Assembly (NCBI GenBank): GCA_038087875.1
Contig: CM075990.1
Location: 9,240,001-9,304,000 of the forward strand
Source: Malacoraja senta
Lineage: Eukaryota
Direction: 5' to 3'
DNA: 64,000 nt
Below the pieces are notes generated by a model, which saw only the letters and a list, made by a program, of their open reading frames with translations, searched no databases and was not told the origin of the DNA. The number at the start of each line of letters is the position of its first letter. The first letter of the stretch is position 1. Position numbers and translations under genes: made by a program. Below are positions 1 to 11,527 of the stretch, in pieces.

Positions 1-378
1 CAGCAGCTCTTACAACCTCAGAAAATGTCAGGTGGAATAGGCCTATGGTGTGAAAATCAGTAATTAGCCAGGTGGATCAAGAATAAAGGTGGGTCACATA
101 AAATGACATGGCATGAGGAATAGGGGTCTTTAATTGTAGACACAAGTTCAGACACTGGAGTTCCCCAAATCTTAACTATAGCTGATTTGTGAAGGTATTT
201 ACCAATAGCAGTAAATAAATAGTTGGTTTCAACTTCTGCCTTGTTCCTTGCATGCTATTGGCGTTGAGGGTGAATGAGCAAGGGGAAAGGGGTTTGTGAG
301 GACACTTCGTAATAATTTAAAAATCTGTCTGAGACCACAAATAGTTTGTACTGCCTCAGTGGAAAATTGTCCAAGTTA

Positions 379-986
379 AGGGCCTGTCCCACTTGGGCGA
401 CCTAATCTGCGAGTTCGCCCTCGACTCATACTCGCAGCATGGTTGACACGATGTCGTAGGAGGTCTTCGTAACTCTCCTTCATGCTCGAGAGTGGTCTCC
501 GCGTACTCGAGGCCTCAGCTAGGTCACGGGGTTTTTTTCAATATGTTAAAAACTGCCCACGAGTAAAAAAAGGCGCCATGGAAAAAATCAATACTTTTTT
601 TACTCGTAGGTTTAGTCGTAGTAGGTCGGCATGTGAGTCGTAAGTAATCGAGGGTAGTCGAAGGATGTCCAAGGTAGTCGTAGATAGTCTTCATCATAGT
701 CGAAGGGAGATCGAAGGAGATCGAAGGAGGTCGTCTTCACTCTCCACTATTCGGTGTCCAATTTTCCCAAAGTTAGTCGTAGCTAGTCGTGCCTAGTTGA
801 AGCTGGTCTTCAACATAGTCGAAGGAGGTCTTCTACATAGTCGAAGGAGGTCTTCTACATAGTCGAAGGAGGTCTTCAACATAGTCGAAGGAGGTCTTCT
901 ACATAGTCGAAGGAGGTCTTCAACATGTCATTTTTTTCAAACTCTTCTAAACTCGCCAATTAGGTCGCCCAAGTGGGACAGCCCCT
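379..986. mobile_element. PIF/Harbinger-like MITE with internal 22-bp tandem array
   Basis: TIRs AGGGCCTGTCCCACTTGGGCGACCTAAT / ATTAGGTCGCCCAAGTGGGACAGCCCCT; TTA on both flanks (376-378, 987-989); no ORF. Confidence 0.85.
816..925 (+). repeat. 5 x 22-bp minisatellite TAGTCGAAGGAGGTCTTCWACA inside the MITE
   Basis: Five head-to-tail copies differing at one position; degenerate copies upstream. Confidence 0.9.
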
Positions 987-2166
987 TTAAATGGTTACGT
1001 GTTCAAGATACAATTCAAAGATGAGTACAAAGATGAATGCTGGTACACTTTTACAGAACCAAGAAGCTGCTGCAAAGCCAGGACTACCTTTCAGATTTGA
1101 TGATAAGCACTTTGAGCTCTTGTAGCTCAATTTAAAAAGAATGCTCTCTATTAATATCGCTAAGAGTATCACATGACTAGTTGAGGGATCTTGCTGTGTG
1201 AAACTGACTTCCAGCAACCATAAAATGTGTCGCAATCTCTTGAAAGGTACAATTTAAATCAAAATCCTTTTTTATGCAGTTCACGGACCCAATGATGACA
1301 CCAAGTAAAAAATGATTTATAAGATGTCCTATGGTTTTTCTTTTTGTACAGAACTTTTACTTTCGGAATTGAAGTAACAGAACCATTGCACATTTTTTAA
1401 CTTATCGTACTCAACATTACCTGTCGCTGAACTGTTTAAACATTGCTTAGCGATGCCTTCTACTCGAAACAACGAGTATGATACTTAACCATCTCAATAA
1501 CGGATATGTTTGACAGGGCATAGAGAGAAGAAGCATAAGAAATATGTTTTGGTTAATAGAAATTTCACACGTCAACATCATTGTGTGTTTTGATGCACTC
1601 TTAAATGTCACTATTTTAATGGTATTTTAACATCGTACTGCAGTCAATGCTTATTAATCTGTGCTTGATTAACCTTGGTTCTTTAAATTATGACAAATAT
1701 GACATTACACTCTCCTTACTGAATCTTTCTCATTTTCTGCACCAATGTACGAATATACAGTCCTAATAAAGCAGCACAACACGCTAATGATGTCACGTCA
1801 TCAATCCTTCCTCGTGATTTCTCTGGATGGTTGACTATCCTCAAGGGACGCAATATGGACATATTCACTGCCTTAATTAAATGGATTTTTGTGACTTAAT
1901 TAGAATACCAACTAAGCAAATCAGCTATAGAGATGACTTTTATCTAACCGAATTGTATGCCCACTATAATTGCAAATTGGTTAACCCTCTGATTCCAGGG
2001 AGTTAAAAGTCCTCCATTGAAAGATTCAAATTAGATATAGACTCGATATTCCAGAGGTGGTGGGGCTCATCTGACCTCTTTTAGAAGTGCATCACAAGTA
2101 GTTCAAATAACTAAATTAAATATACTTTTGTACAAGTGTATCCAAAACATTTTAAGACCCATCAAT

Positions 2167-2471
2167 GGCAGCACAGTGGTGTAGAGGTAGAGCTACAATG
2201 TTACAGTGCCAGGGACCCGGGTTTGATCCTGACCAGGGATGCTGTCTGTACAGAGTTTGTATGTTCTCCCCGTGACCTGCATGGACCTTTCCAGATCTTT
2301 GGTTCCCTCCCACACTTCAAGGATGTATAGGTTTGTAGATTAATTGGCATAAATGTAAAAAAATGTTCCTCATGTGTGTAAGGAAGTGTTAATTTGCAGG
2401 GATCGCTGGTTGGTGCAGACGCGGTGGGCCAAAGTGCCTGTTTCCATGTTGTATCTCTAAACTAAACTAAA
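2167..2471 (+). mobile_element. tRNA-derived V-SINE (HE1-like)
   Basis: A/B-box-like head (GGCAGCACAGTGGTG..., GGGTTTGATCC), V-domain-like GAGTTTGTATGTTCTCCCCGTGAC, CR1-type tail GGGCCAAAGTGCCTGTTTCC followed by (CTAAA)n. Confidence 0.8.
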
Positions 2472-2529
2472 GTGACCAAACAATCTTATCCATTCTATGC
2501 AGTAGGCCTATAAGCAATATGCTTTGAAC

Positions 2530-3360
2530 TTTGGAACATCAACAAGAAGAAAGAGACCACTGGTGAGCTTACCAATCGCAAAGGGACTGGCAGGCCAAGG
2601 AAGACCTCCACTGCTGATAACAGAAGAATTCTCTCTATAATAAAGAAAAATCCCCAAACATCTGTCCGACAGATCTGGAGTCAGGTGTGGATTTGTCAAT
2701 GAGCCGCAAAAATAGGATGGCCAGGTTACAGTTTGCCAAGAAGTACTTAAAAGAGCAACCATAGTTCCGGAAAAAAGATCTTGTGGACAGATGAAGCGAA
2801 GATGAACTTATATCAGAGTGATGAAAAGAACAAAGTATAGAGGAGAGAAGGAACTGCCCAAGATCCAAAGCATACCACTTAATCTGTGGGAAACACGGTG
2901 GTCGGTGGCCTGGGCATGTTATGGCCTGGGCATGTATGGCTGCTGAAGGTACTGGCTCACTTATCTTCATTGATGATACAACTGCTGATGGTAGTAGCAT
3001 GGCCTGGCAGAGCATCACCAGAGAAGATACCCAGCAACTGGTGATGTCTGTGAATCACAAATTTCAAGCAGTCATTGCATGCAAAGGATATGCAACAAAA
3101 TACTAAACATGACTACTTTCATTTACATGACATTGCTGTGTCCCAAACATTATGGTGCCCTTAAATGGGGGGACTATGCATAAACACAGCTGTAATTTCT
3201 ACACGGTGAAACCAAAATGTATAAAAATGGCCTTTATTAAAATCTGACTATGTGCACTTTAACCACATGTGATTTTTTTCTATTACAAATCTCAAACTGT
3301 GGAGTACAGAGGCAGATAAATAAATGATGGGTCTTTGTCCAAACATTATGGAGGGCTCCG
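2530..3360 (+). mobile_element. Tc1-like transposon relic (decayed transposase plus right IR/DR end)
   Basis: GRPRKTS, LWTDE and VMAWACMA motifs, C-terminal ...AVIACKGYATKY; repeat CCAAACATTATGG at ~3143 and ~3339; terminal TA at 3361. Confidence 0.85.
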
Positions 3361-4165
3361 TAAAACCTAAGTGATAATGGTATTTATAACCCATTTATAC
3401 ACTGTATCTAAGACTCATTTATCTTATTCTGTACATGAAAGCGGGAGAATTTACATCTCAGTGTCATGCAGTTCAAAGTAAATTCCCCAAATGACAAAAA
3501 GATTTTACCAATCTTTTATGTTGTCTTTTATAGCCAAAGTACATTGACTAATTTATAGATGAAATTATACACCATCATTTGGAGTTAACAAGTCTTCAAT
3601 ATTTCCTGTTAGAGATGATTTGCCTTAAAGGACATCAATATTTCAAGTGCACAAAAGGGCACAATATGCCTTGATTCATCCTTTCTCCTGGTCTGTCTAT
3701 ATTTCCCTCTGTATCCTCTTCACAACTCTCACTGCTCTCATGGCACAACTTTGTATCATAACCAAACTTTGATATGTTCCACGTTGCCTCAACCACATCC
3801 TTGATATAGAATGTGAACTGCTGGGATGCAAAGCTGATCCCTATTGCCCTGTACTACAACGAGCTCACTCAGCCCAAAATTGTCTTTGTTCATTCTGTTC
3901 ATTAATTATTTCTCTATACCAGTATGTAACCACAAATCCCATGTGCTCTAATTTTCTTTAATTTTCTCACCAAGAAGTTTGTTGAAGGTTTTCTGAAAAT
4001 CTAAATGTATTATATCCACTGTCCCTATTAACTCTGCTCATTACAATCTCAAAATTCAAACACATTTTTCAAACTTGATTTGCCTTTCATAAATCTTCAT
4101 TAACTTTGCCCAATTCTGTTACTATTTTTAAGTCCCCTTCAATCATCATCTTAACAATGAATTCT

Positions 4166-4255
4166 GACCTAGAGAAGGGTCTCAGCTCAAAACGTCACCT
4201 ATTCCTTTTCTCCAGAGATGCTGCCTGACCCGCTGAGTTACTCCAGTTTTCTGTG
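4166..4255 (+). mobile_element. Penelope-like terminal fragment with degenerate hammerhead core
   Basis: AGAAGGGTCTCAGCTCAAAACGTCACC...AGATGCTGCCTGACCCGCTGAGTTACTCCAG matches ends of the longer PLE copies. Confidence 0.65.
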
Positions 4256-5221
4256 CATATTTTCAAATTCAATTATGTATTTGCTTATATTTACCAATGC
4301 CCATGAGAATGCTGAATTGGGTCAACTTTTTTATTGAATTTCATATGAATTTCAATTGTTTACAAATACTATCAATTAATCTAACTTCAGTTTTATAGTA
4401 CTTAATAAATTATTTAATGAATGAAACACTTGATGAAACAAAATATGTAATTTGTAAACAAACTGGAATAACATACTGGTTGCAATCATATTGCCTATTA
4501 ATAAGATTCTGCAGTGCAATTTTTGGCTAAAGACCAGGAACTGGTTTCTTTTGGATTGTACACAATTTCCCTTTCACCAATCTGAATACATTGTACAAAA
4601 CATATTTCATTTGTCACCCTTTTCCCAGAGATACACATTCATTCAATATTTTACCATCACAAGTGTTTTATGTACTCAGACACATCATTTCTTTCACAGC
4701 ACTCTATCAATGATTAGTCCCTTTACAGCAAGATTAATCCCAGTTTTTCATCAACATTCCCATATGTTAGGTTTTAAGGCATTAGTCTAATCTGTTCAAA
4801 AGGACCAGAGTTAGTCCAGATTCCACATGAATACCCAATACCAGGGGGTATTCTTTTTATTTCATAGGTTTAGCGGACAGGAAATGTTAATAAATTAATC
4901 AGTCATTTTACACTAAACACGTTGTTACACATATGTTGCCTATTTTGATTTGAATTACGTTGTAACAAGGGCTCTTTACCAAGAGATGAAAGAGCTCTTT
5001 GATTCTAGATCAAGAGCAGTTTGCCATTTTGGATTTCTAATTAAATGAGTGAGTTAATAATTCAGCAAATGTGAGTGACTCCCACTATACCCTGTATCAC
5101 ATGAATCCAGTTGAGTTACCCTTTTAAACATTTTTCCCCAACACCGATTGTATTTATTTGTTCAATTATCAGGTTGTCTGGAAAGACAGCATTGAATAAG
5201 TATTGCAGTTATCCCAACTTT

Positions 5222-6141
5222 AAGTCAAGAGTAAAAAATCAAGTGTTTTTGTCATGTGTCCCAGATAGGACAATGAAATTCTTACTTGTAAGAAAAAAAG
5301 TTTAGTGTGTATATATACACATTCACACATACTCAATAAATAAACAAATATAGTGCCATAATAATAATAATAGTCTGTTATAGTTCAGAGCTTATTTGCT
5401 GTCATGTTAAATAGCCTGATGGCTGTAGGGAAGAAGCTGTTCCTGAACCTGGTTGTTACAGTTTTCAGGCTCCTGTACCTTCTTCCCGATGGCAACGGTA
5501 AAATGTGTGTGGCCAGGATGGTGTGGGTCTTTGATGATGTTGGCCACCTTTCTGAGGCAGCGATTTCGATGGATCCCTTCGATGGTGGGGAGGTCAGAGC
5601 CTGTGATGGACTGGGCAGTGGTCACAACTTTTTGCAGTCTTTTCCGCTCCTGGATGTTCAAGTTGCCGAACCAAGCCACAATGCAGCCAGTCAGTATGCT
5701 CTCTACTCTGCACCTGTAGAAGTTCAAGAGAATCCTCCTTGACATATTGACTCTCCGTAATCTTCTCAGGAAGTAGAAGCGCTGATGTGCCTTCTTTATG
5801 AGTACATCAGTGTGCTGGGTCCAGGAAAGATCTTCAGAAATATGCACGCCCAGGAATTTGAAGTTTTTGACCTTCTCCTTCCCCTTCCAAAGTCCACAAT
5901 CAGTTCCTTGGTTTTACTGGTGTTGAGAGCCAGGTTGTTGTGCTGGCACCATTTGGTCAATCGGTCGATCTCACTTCTATACTCTGATGCGTCGCCATCT
6001 GTAATTCGTCCAACAAGAGTGGTGTCGTCAGCGAACTTGATGATGGAGTTCGCCCTATGTCCGGCTACACAGTCATGAGTATAGAGTGAGTAAAGCAGGG
6101 GGCTGAGCACGCAGCCTTGAGGTGCTCCCGTACTGATTGTT
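5222..6141 (-). mobile_element. Rex1/Babar-type LINE, 5'-truncated
   Basis: GAPQGCVLSPLLYSLYT, IKFADDT, KTKELIVDF and KKAHQRFYFLRRL motifs; 3' UTR shared with the copy at 32358-35337. Confidence 0.9.
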
Positions 6142-6419
6142 TAAGCAGATGGAAAGCTTACTTATAATTTCTTTACTCCACTTCTACATTGTAGATATTT
6201 CAAAATGATACACAATGGTACAACTAAAAATTGCCTTGCTACTATCTATTTCTCAAAGATCGCTTTGCATTTTTTCCCTGACAGTTTCTATGAAGGGCAA
6301 TTACAGACTGGGCTTATTGCATTTACATTTTTCATGTTCATATGGGTTGCGTCCTTTGAATCTATAGTAAAATGTTAATAAACAGAATACAACCTGTTAC
6401 ATTACAGGTTGTATTGTGC

Positions 6420-7225
6420 ATAGATTCAGATCTGGCTTATTCATAGAAGACTGAGGGTTGTGGTAGAAGGTAGATATTATGGCTGGAGGTCTGTGATCAG
6501 TTTAGTTCCGCAGGGATCTGTGCTGGGAACCTTGCTGTTTGTGATATATATAAATTACCTTAATGTAAATGTAGATGGGTTGGTGACTAAGTTTGCTGCA
6601 ATACCAAAATTAGAGGAGTTGCAGTCAGCGAGGAAGGTTGTCATTAGATATGGTGGGATAAAGATCGGCTGCAGAAATAGCGAAGAAATGGCATATGGAG
6701 TTTAACTTGAGCAAGTGCGAGGTGTTCCACTTTGGGAGGTTGAATGTAATGGGACTGTCCCACTTAGGCGATTTTTCAGCGGATTGCCGGTGACTGTCAA
6801 GTTGCCGGCAGTCGCCTGTAAAACTGGCACTGGAACGCCGACTGTCAGTGGAACACACACACTCACACAAACACAACGCTTCCTTCACCAGCCCGTTATG
6901 CAGGCAGGGGACAGGGTAAGCGGGGGGAGCGCTGTCTAAAAAATTAACACGGTGCAAAGCCAAGGTGATACAGACACACACCGCGATGAACAGGAAGGTT
7001 GGCGCTGTAATTATGATGTGTACGGAACGCATTGCCTGAGGTGGTGGTGGAGGCAGAGAAGATGGTGGCACTTAGAAGGCTTTTGGATAGGCACATGGAA
7101 GTGCAATGAATAGAGGGGGTATGGATCGTGTGCAGGTAGATAAGATCAGTTCAGCAAGGCACCATGTTTGGCATAAACATTGTGGGCCGAAGGGTTGTTC
7201 CTGTGCTGTACTGTTCCATGTTCTA
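6420..7225 (+). mobile_element. CR1 (HER1-like) LINE fragments interrupted by a MITE piece
   Basis: VPQGSVLG motif; 3' tail GGGCCGAAGGGTTGTTCCTGTGCTGTACTGTTC. Confidence 0.75.
6750..7040. mobile_element. Harbinger-like MITE, left end only
   Basis: TAA then TGGGACTGTCCCACTTAGGCGA, similar to TIRs at 379 and 13689; right boundary approximate. Confidence 0.55.
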
Positions 7226-7435
7226 TACATACACCATTTGCCAGTGTAATTTATTCAGACCATATTTGGATTATACATCGCTGGACATTGCCCAGTCTGC
7301 AAGTCCTGTCACTTCAATTCTCCACACAATTCTATTCCATCTTTGATTTTCTATACTATTCAAGTAACACTTAACGACATCCAGAGGAAAAGAGCCTCGT
7401 CTTTCAGATAAGCCATTTATAGTTAATGTAACTTG

Positions 7436-7650
7436 TGTAGATCAGTGCATGTTCCTTTAACATAGTGACCTCACCACTACTAACCACTCCCCATTATCTT
7501 CAGTATAATTGTAGCCTCCACACCCCCAGCTCTCTCTCTCTCTAGCTCCAGTGACGGACCACGAACAGCTAGGGCACTATGTGTGTGTATGATTACTATG
7601 TCTGCAATAAACTAGTAGTGAAGACTTCACGTGCCTGACAAGTCTTTACA
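7436..7650 (+). repeat. 5' LTR
   Basis: TGTAG...TTTACA, contains AATAAA; differs from 3' LTR by 5 substitutions and 4 bp of (CT)n (counted by eye). Confidence 0.95.
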
Positions 7651-8177
7651 TGGTGTCAGAAGTGGGATTCGAACCCACGCCTCCAGTTGGCCCGCCACGC
7701 CAGCGTAACATTCCCGCACCCGCGAGGGACAGCCCACGTCGCTGCCCCAACTGCAACTTCGCCAATCATCAATTTAATGTTTGCCCTGCGCTGGGAAAAT
7801 CTTGCAATTTCTGTAGGAAGCTGAATCACTTCTCCGCAGCATGTCATTCCAGGGGCCAGCCTGTCCCTGCTCCGAGAAGGAGTCTAAACAACCTTGCTGT
7901 GACTGATAGCGCTCATGGTTCCCAGTACCATTCAGACAAACTCCCTGATTCTGATAACAGTTCCTCCCATGATGAATCGCTTGTTTTTGCACTTTTGGGT
8001 GCACCTGCTTTGATATCTGATCCCTCAGTGCGAGTTACTGTGAATGGAATGACCTTTCCTGCAAAGGTCAACACGGGGGCGTTTGCCAATGTTATGTCAT
8101 TAAGCCTCTTTGAGCAGATAAGATCTGGCGAGAAGGTTACTGCCGACGACTCCCGCCTTCGTGCCTATGGGGGGGGG
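7650..8177 (+). CDS. gag: Truncated Gag (two CCHC knuckles) plus protease N-part with catalytic D>N
   Basis: CPNCNFANHQFNVC and CNFCRKLNHFSAAC; AKVNTGA in place of DTGA; frameshift at G9 run 8169-8177. Confidence 0.85.
7651..7685 (+). promoter_or_regulatory. Extended primer-binding site complementary to the 3' ~35 nt of tRNA-Leu(CAA), including CCA
   Basis: TGGTGTCAGAAGTGGGATTCGAACCCACGCCTCCA is the reverse complement of TGGAGGCGTGGGTTCGAATCCCACTTCTGACACCA. Confidence 0.9.
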
Positions 8178-9206
8178 AGTGCTCGTACCAGTCGGGAAGG
8201 CAACCCTTATCTGCACAGTTCTGAAGACCTCTCGGCCCCTCTCTTTCCTCCTGCTGGAAACTGAGAATGTTACTCTGTTGGGCGCCAGTGCGTGCCAGGA
8301 CCTCGGTTTGGTTTCCTTCCACCGCGATATCCACCTGGTGCAGGGCCCCATGGACCCCATGAGCGAGTACCCTGATCGTTTTGACGATGTATTGGGCAAA
8401 CTACCCTTCAATTACGAAATCGATGTGGACCCGGGGGTCATTCCGTTAATCCACCCGGCTCACCGCATCTCCTTTGCCATGAAGGACAGGGTAGAGTCGA
8501 CTCTGCGCCACATGGTGGCCGTGGGCATCATCAAGGAGGTGAGTGATCCCACCCGGTGGGTCCCCACCATGGTCGTTGCTGCTAAGAAGGACAAGAGTGA
8601 GATTCGGATCTGTATAAACCCCAAGGACCTGAACCTTGCCATCAAGCGCCTGCACTACCCCATGAGAACGGTGGAGGACGTCGCTGCACTGGTTGGCCCA
8701 GCCACTGTCTTCTCTGTCCTTGATGCCAAGAGCTCTTTCTGGCAGATTCCACTGGATGAACGTTCCTCCTTCCTGACCACTTTCGGTACACCTTTCGGCA
8801 GGTTCCGTTTCCTCCGCATGCCTTTCAGGATCAATTCTGCCAGCGAGGTTTTCCAGCGCACCATGGAACAGCTATTTACCGGTCTGCCGTGTGCTATCAT
8901 CGTCGATGACATCTTAGTGTACGGGAGAGATGTCGCTGAGCACGACCTCCACCTCCGCCAAGTCCTGGATAGGGCTCGTGAGATCAACCTCAAACTGAAC
9001 CCCAGAAAGTGCCGTTTCCACGTCCCGGAGGTCACGTACGTGGGCCACGTTTTCACGGCTGAGGGTCTAAAACCAGACCCACAGAAGACAGCTGCGGTCT
9101 CGGGGATGCCAGCCCCGGTCGACGTGCCCAGCCTGCAGCGCTTCTTGGGCATGGTGAACTACCTGGGGAAATTAATTCCCGACCTCAGCGAGCTGAGTGC
9201 GCCCCC
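8161..9206 (+). CDS. pol: Pol: protease C-part and reverse transcriptase
   Basis: FSVLDAKSSFWQI, FLRMPF, IIVDDILVYG, LQRFLGMVNY; frameshift at C5 run 9202-9206. Confidence 0.92.
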
Positions 9207-11212
9207 TGAGGGAACTGACCAAGAAGGACACTGCCTGGGTTTGGTACCCGCAGCATCAGACAGCCTTCGATGCCCTGAAGTCCCGGCTGGTTTGCACCCC
9301 CACTCTCAAGTTCTTCGACTTAAAGCGCCCCATCGTCCTCACCTGCGATGCCTCAAGTTTCGGTCTCGGTGCCGCCTGCCTGCAACTCTACGACCGCCTG
9401 CAACTACCTGTCTCCTACGCTTCCCGCACCATGACCCCTGCCGAACAACGCTACACCCAGATCGAGAAGGAGCTCCTTGCCGTGGTGTTTGCCAGCTCGA
9501 AGTTCAAGGACTACATTCTGGGTAACACTTTCACTATTGAGACCGACCACCAGCCGCTGGTCACAATCTTGAACAATCCGATACACGTTGCCTCTTCCCG
9601 TTTGCAGCGTATGATGCTGCAGCTCCAGCGCTTCACGTTTCGAATCGTGTACCGAAAGGGCAAAGACATGTTTGTGGCCGACACGCTGTCCCGCGCACCG
9701 CTGGCATCTACTGACCGCCACCCGTACGAATCGTCCGACCTGATGGTGCTAAACGTTAACTTTGTGCCTTCCCGGCAGATGCAGTCCCTGATTCATCACA
9801 CTGCCAATGATCCTGCCCTGCAACAGCTTGTAGACGTCATCCGTCGTGGCTGGCCTGACCGTCGCTCATTCTTGCCGGCTGGTGCTGTGCCCTACTTCCT
9901 AGTCCGGGATGAACTTGTGCTGCATGCCGGCGTGGTGGTGAAGGGCCACAAGGTGGTGGTGCCTGCTGCGCTACGGGACCACTATTTCCAAACTGCCCAC
10001 GGCGGCCATCCCGGAGCCGATGCCACCCTGTCCCAGGCCCAGAGCCAATTTTATTGGCCCGGCATGGCACAGGACATCCGGGATAGGGTCTCCGCCTGCT
10101 CAACCTGCAATACCCTCTCTCCCCACCAGCAACGCCAGCCACTCCTGCAACAGCCTGCCCCCGACCTGGCGTGGATGGCGGTCGCTACTGACATATTTGA
10201 GTGGCGTGGCAAACATTTCCTGGTCCTTGTAGACTCCTATTCCAGCTGGTTCGAGGTGGATCAGCTGCACTCCCTCACTTCTGCTGCTGTCATCGGGAAG
10301 CTGCGCCGCAACTTTGGGATCTTTGGCCCTCCTGTGACTTTGCAGTCTGACAACGGCGGCCAGTTCTCGAGTGCGGAGTTCCGCGCCTTCGCTGCCGCCT
10401 GGAACTTTCGCCACATCACCAGCAGCCCTGAGTACCCGCAGAGCAACGGCCTTGCTGAGCGCGCCGTCCGCAGTGCCAAGGAACTGTTGGAGCAGTGCAG
10501 ACTGTCGCACTCGGATTTTTACCTGGCCCTACTGAATCTCCGCAATATTTCTCGTGACTCTGCCCTGGGCTTGCCTGCTCAGCGGCTCATGTCCCGCACC
10601 ACACGCCCTCCGATCCCTGTCTCCCAGCGATCCCTAGAGCCCGCGGTCCGCAGCCCTGCGGAGCGCATTGCCCAGAAACAGGCTATCCAGAAGCGCTCCC
10701 ATGACAAGTCCTGCCGTCCCCTTCCGCGTCTCTTCCAGGGCCAGGTCGTCCGGATGCAGTCCCCCTCAGGACACTACCGGCTGGCTGTGGTCGTCGGCTC
10801 TGCAGACTCTCCGCGGTCTTACCTGGTTGACTACGAGGGTACCACCTACCGCCGGTCCCGCCAGCATTTGCTGCCGGTCAACGAGCCCGCTCCGCCTCCT
10901 GCAGCCCCTTTTGCACCTCCGGTTGCTACCTCTCTGCCTACCGCTCCTCACATGCCCAGAACTCTGCCCTCTCAACCCTTGGTGCCCCGTTCTCCCACTG
11001 CTCCTACCTCTCCCGCTCGCGTGCCCGCTGCGGTGCCCGTTTCTCCTCCCCGGTCTCCTCGTCCTCCCTCTCCTGCTCATTCTCCTGCCCGTTCCCCTAT
11101 CACCGCTCCTGCTCCTGTCCCTGCTCTTCCTGCGGAGGGGGGAGAGGGCGGCCTGCGTACCTGCTCCGGGCGGTTGGTCAAGCCGCCTATGCGTTACGGG
11201 GAGACTGCTTGA
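9197..11212 (+). CDS. pol: Pol: RNase H, integrase and Pro-rich tail
   Basis: LTCDASSFGLGA, IEKELLAV, ETDHQPL; HHCC (HGGH...CSTC); DDE core (TDIF, SDNG, NGLAER); C-terminal RTCSGRLVKPP. Confidence 0.93.
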   Translation: MRPLRELTKKDTAWVWYPQHQTAFDALKSRLVCTPTLKFFDLKRPIVLTCDASSFGLGAACLQLYDRLQLPVSYASRTMTPAEQRYTQIEKELLAVVFASSKFKDYILGNTFTIETDHQPLVTILNNPIHVASSRLQRMMLQLQRFTFRIVYRKGKDMFVADTLSRAPLASTDRHPYESSDLMVLNVNFVPSRQMQSLIHHTANDPALQQLVDVIRRGWPDRRSFLPAGAVPYFLVRDELVLHAGVVVKGHKVVVPAALRDHYFQTAHGGHPGADATLSQAQSQFYWPGMAQDIRDRVSACSTCNTLSPHQQRQPLLQQPAPDLAWMAVATDIFEWRGKHFLVLVDSYSSWFEVDQLHSLTSAAVIGKLRRNFGIFGPPVTLQSDNGGQFSSAEFRAFAAAWNFRHITSSPEYPQSNGLAERAVRSAKELLEQCRLSHSDFYLALLNLRNISRDSALGLPAQRLMSRTTRPPIPVSQRSLEPAVRSPAERIAQKQAIQKRSHDKSCRPLPRLFQGQVVRMQSPSGHYRLAVVVGSADSPRSYLVDYEGTTYRRSRQHLLPVNEPAPPPAAPFAPPVATSLPTAPHMPRTLPSQPLVPRSPTAPTSPARVPAAVPVSPPRSPRPPSPAHSPARSPITAPAPVPALPAEGGEGGLRTCSGRLVKPPMRYGETA

Positions 11213-11305
11213 ATGTTTCAAGTTTTTCCTGCCGGTGTACGCGCGGGTGTGTTTCTAGCGTATGAGTCGTGGTCGCACTGTCATCGTTGTAATGTTTTGT
11301 TTTCC

Positions 11306-11316
11306 AAGGGGAAGTA
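11306..11316 (+). promoter_or_regulatory. Polypurine tract
   Basis: AAGGGGAAGTA immediately before the 3' LTR. Confidence 0.8.
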
Positions 11317-11527
11317 TGTAGTTCAGTGCATGTTCCTTTAACATAGTGACCTCACCACTACTAACCGCTCCCCATTATCTTCAGTATAATTGTAGCCTCC
11401 ACACCCCCAGCTCTCTCTCTAGCTCCAGTGATGGACCACGAACAGCTAGGGCACTATGTGTGTGTATGATTACTATGTCTGCAATAAACTAGTGGTGAAG
11501 ACTTCACGTGTCTGACAAGTCTTTACA
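11317..11527 (+). repeat. 3' LTR
   Basis: Near-identical to 7436-7650; followed by TSD ACTTG. Confidence 0.95.

Larger units (their letters stand above)
7436..11527 (+). mobile_element. Ty3/Gypsy LTR retrotransposon (Mag-like), 4092 bp, capsid region absent
   Basis: Two ~213-bp LTRs with TG...CA ends, 5-bp TSD ACTTG (7431-7435, 11528-11532), PBS, PPT, domain order NC-PR-RT-RH-IN. Confidence 0.97.

Noticed and set aside
816..925. 22-bp array as a CRISPR
   Set aside because: No spacers, lies inside a MITE, eukaryotic context
7651..7685. tRNA-Leu gene on the minus strand
   Set aside because: Only the 3' ~35 nt, includes CCA and abuts an LTR; it is a PBS
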